Origin: Pocillopora damicornis
Lineage: Eukaryota
NCBI RefSeq assembly: GCF_003704095.1
Contig: NW_020845543.1
Span: 124,001-188,000, forward strand
DNA: 64,000 bases
Reading direction: 5' to 3'
Position numbers and translations under genes: made by a program. Each line of letters starts with the position of its first letter. The first letter of the stretch is position 1. Positions 62,901 through 64,000 of this stretch are shown piece after piece. A model generated the notes under the pieces. That model was not told where the DNA came from. It made no database searches and saw only the letters and a program-made list of their open reading frames with translations.

Positions 62901-64000
62901 CCGGACATTGGGGGAACAATGACGTCATCAGGCTTTTGTTTTTTCTATTTTCGAAAAATTGGAATTGGATAAAGCTTCGAAACAGAAAAATGTACTTTAG
63001 AGATCTATCGTTCATGAAATACCGATATTTGCCTATGATCACGGTATTCTTCTTTTTCTCCTAAAGTTTGAAAAAAAATCGAATTACTTACGTTAGAGCG
63101 GAGAGAGATTTAGAGCCACAGAACAGGAAAACTAAATTTATTAATTTTTTTGCTACCTTTCTTGTTCAACAGTAGGACGATAATTTTTAATTTTTTGGGG
63201 GGTGGGTTTATGGTTTGCGTTTCTTTCTATTTTGTCTCTGATTTATCTGGGAGTAGTATAAAGGAAGGTAAATCAAAGGTATGTTTTCCGTTCGCGTTAT
63301 CAGTAAGCTTAGTTCTACATCGATCTAATAATGTTTTCTTCCTCTACTGAGAAAGCTATTTCTTGCTTCCAAGACTGAATCAATATTTGAATCTAAGAAT
63401 AGACTCACAATTTATATACTCGTCAACGAAATAAAGAAGAGTGATGAAAATACGTTAATGTAATGTAAAAGTGCTAACAAATCTATTTAACAACACAACA
63501 GGCAGATGATGACACCTCCAATACTAACATAGGCAGTAGTGAGCCCCGACAGCACAGAGGTTTGTTTCTCCGCTAAATCCATTTAAAAATCACTTTTATA
63601 ATATATTCGGAGGATAATTAATTCTAGAAATCTCAATTGTCATGTGCCAGTCGAAAATAGCCCTCTTCCCGCTTCGTCAAGATACGGAATCACCAAGTTG
63701 TCAAACTTCATAGTTCGCAGTCATTCAATAACGAAGCTCTCGTTAAGAACATCTGGCAATAGCTTTATTTCTTCCTGTTTCATCTCACAGAGAAAAATTT
63801 GCTTTCTTCGCCAGGTCCGTTTTTACTGAGTGCCAACGGCACTTTGTCGACTCCAGTGAGAGTGCTTCATTCTTCACCTAACGAGGAAAAGGAACCACTC
63901 ATTGGTAGAGGCCCGACATCCATTAGCGGTACCACTCAATCAATGGGAAGAGACAAAGGAGGTAACGATGAATTCCCAGAGGTTTTCACACAAAATACAC
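50992..64000 (+). CDS. Extended-synaptotagmin/tricalbin-like protein B (paralog of A), 3'-incomplete
   Basis: Exons 50992-51344, 53572-53657, 54509-54743, 55556-55687, 55847-55953, 56432-56506, 56724-56777, 57118-57239, 57646-57749, 58135-58292, 58668-58774, 59104-59187, [one exon missing], 59935-60061, 60656-60705, 60794-60842, 60982-61044, 61562-61707, 62182-62265, 62719-62802, 63502-63559, 63815->64000; phases compatible. Motifs [90 protein letters not shown]. Confidence 0.85.
53690..53856 (+). mobile_element. tRNA-derived SINE relic with V-SINE-like core
   Basis: B-box GGTTCGATTCC (~53742) followed by TTTTCTTCCCGTTCTACCGTTTTCATGCCTCCACAAAAACC, a degenerate version of the TTTCTCCGGGTACTCCGGTTTCC core. 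Confidence 0.5.
56860..56995 (+). mobile_element. SINE fragment with Deu/Nin-like conserved domain
   Basis: GTCGGATGAGGACAATAAATCGAGGCCTTGTCTC resembles the Deu/Nin motif CGGATGAGACGTxAAACCGAGGTCCTG. Recognised from memory. Confidence 0.35.
59737..59836. other. Assembly gap (100 N, probably unknown size)
   Basis: Run of exactly 100 N within gene B. Confidence 1.

Overview
AT-rich, intron-rich animal genomic DNA. The repeat landscape suggests a stony coral, probably Pocilloporidae; this is my inference, not a database result. Left to right the window holds: (1) a frameshifted, intronless GT31 beta-1,3-galactosyltransferase pseudogene (~544-1490, +); (2) a 6-coding-exon threonine-synthase-like 2 gene (8680-5117, -); (3) a 47-bp minisatellite (~12830-14125); (4) an intronless 464-aa protein with a long disordered N-terminus and a C-terminal Tctex-1 dynein light chain domain (18284-19678, +); (5) a 27-exon, ~989-aa extended-synaptotagmin/tricalbin-like gene (TM hairpin-SMP-4xC2; 41759-22322, -) with a decayed BEL/Pao retrotransposon in intron 10; (6) an intronless myosin essential light chain (45775-46227, +); (7) an anciently diverged paralog of the SMP-C2 gene, head-to-head with the first (50992 to >64000, +, incomplete). 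MITEs, tRNA-derived SINE relics and three assembly gaps are scattered between. The most notable structure is the divergent SMP-C2 pair, with a non-canonical Ca2+-ligand pattern, flanking the intronless light chain. Exon coordinates were derived by hand from GT-AG sites and frame continuity.
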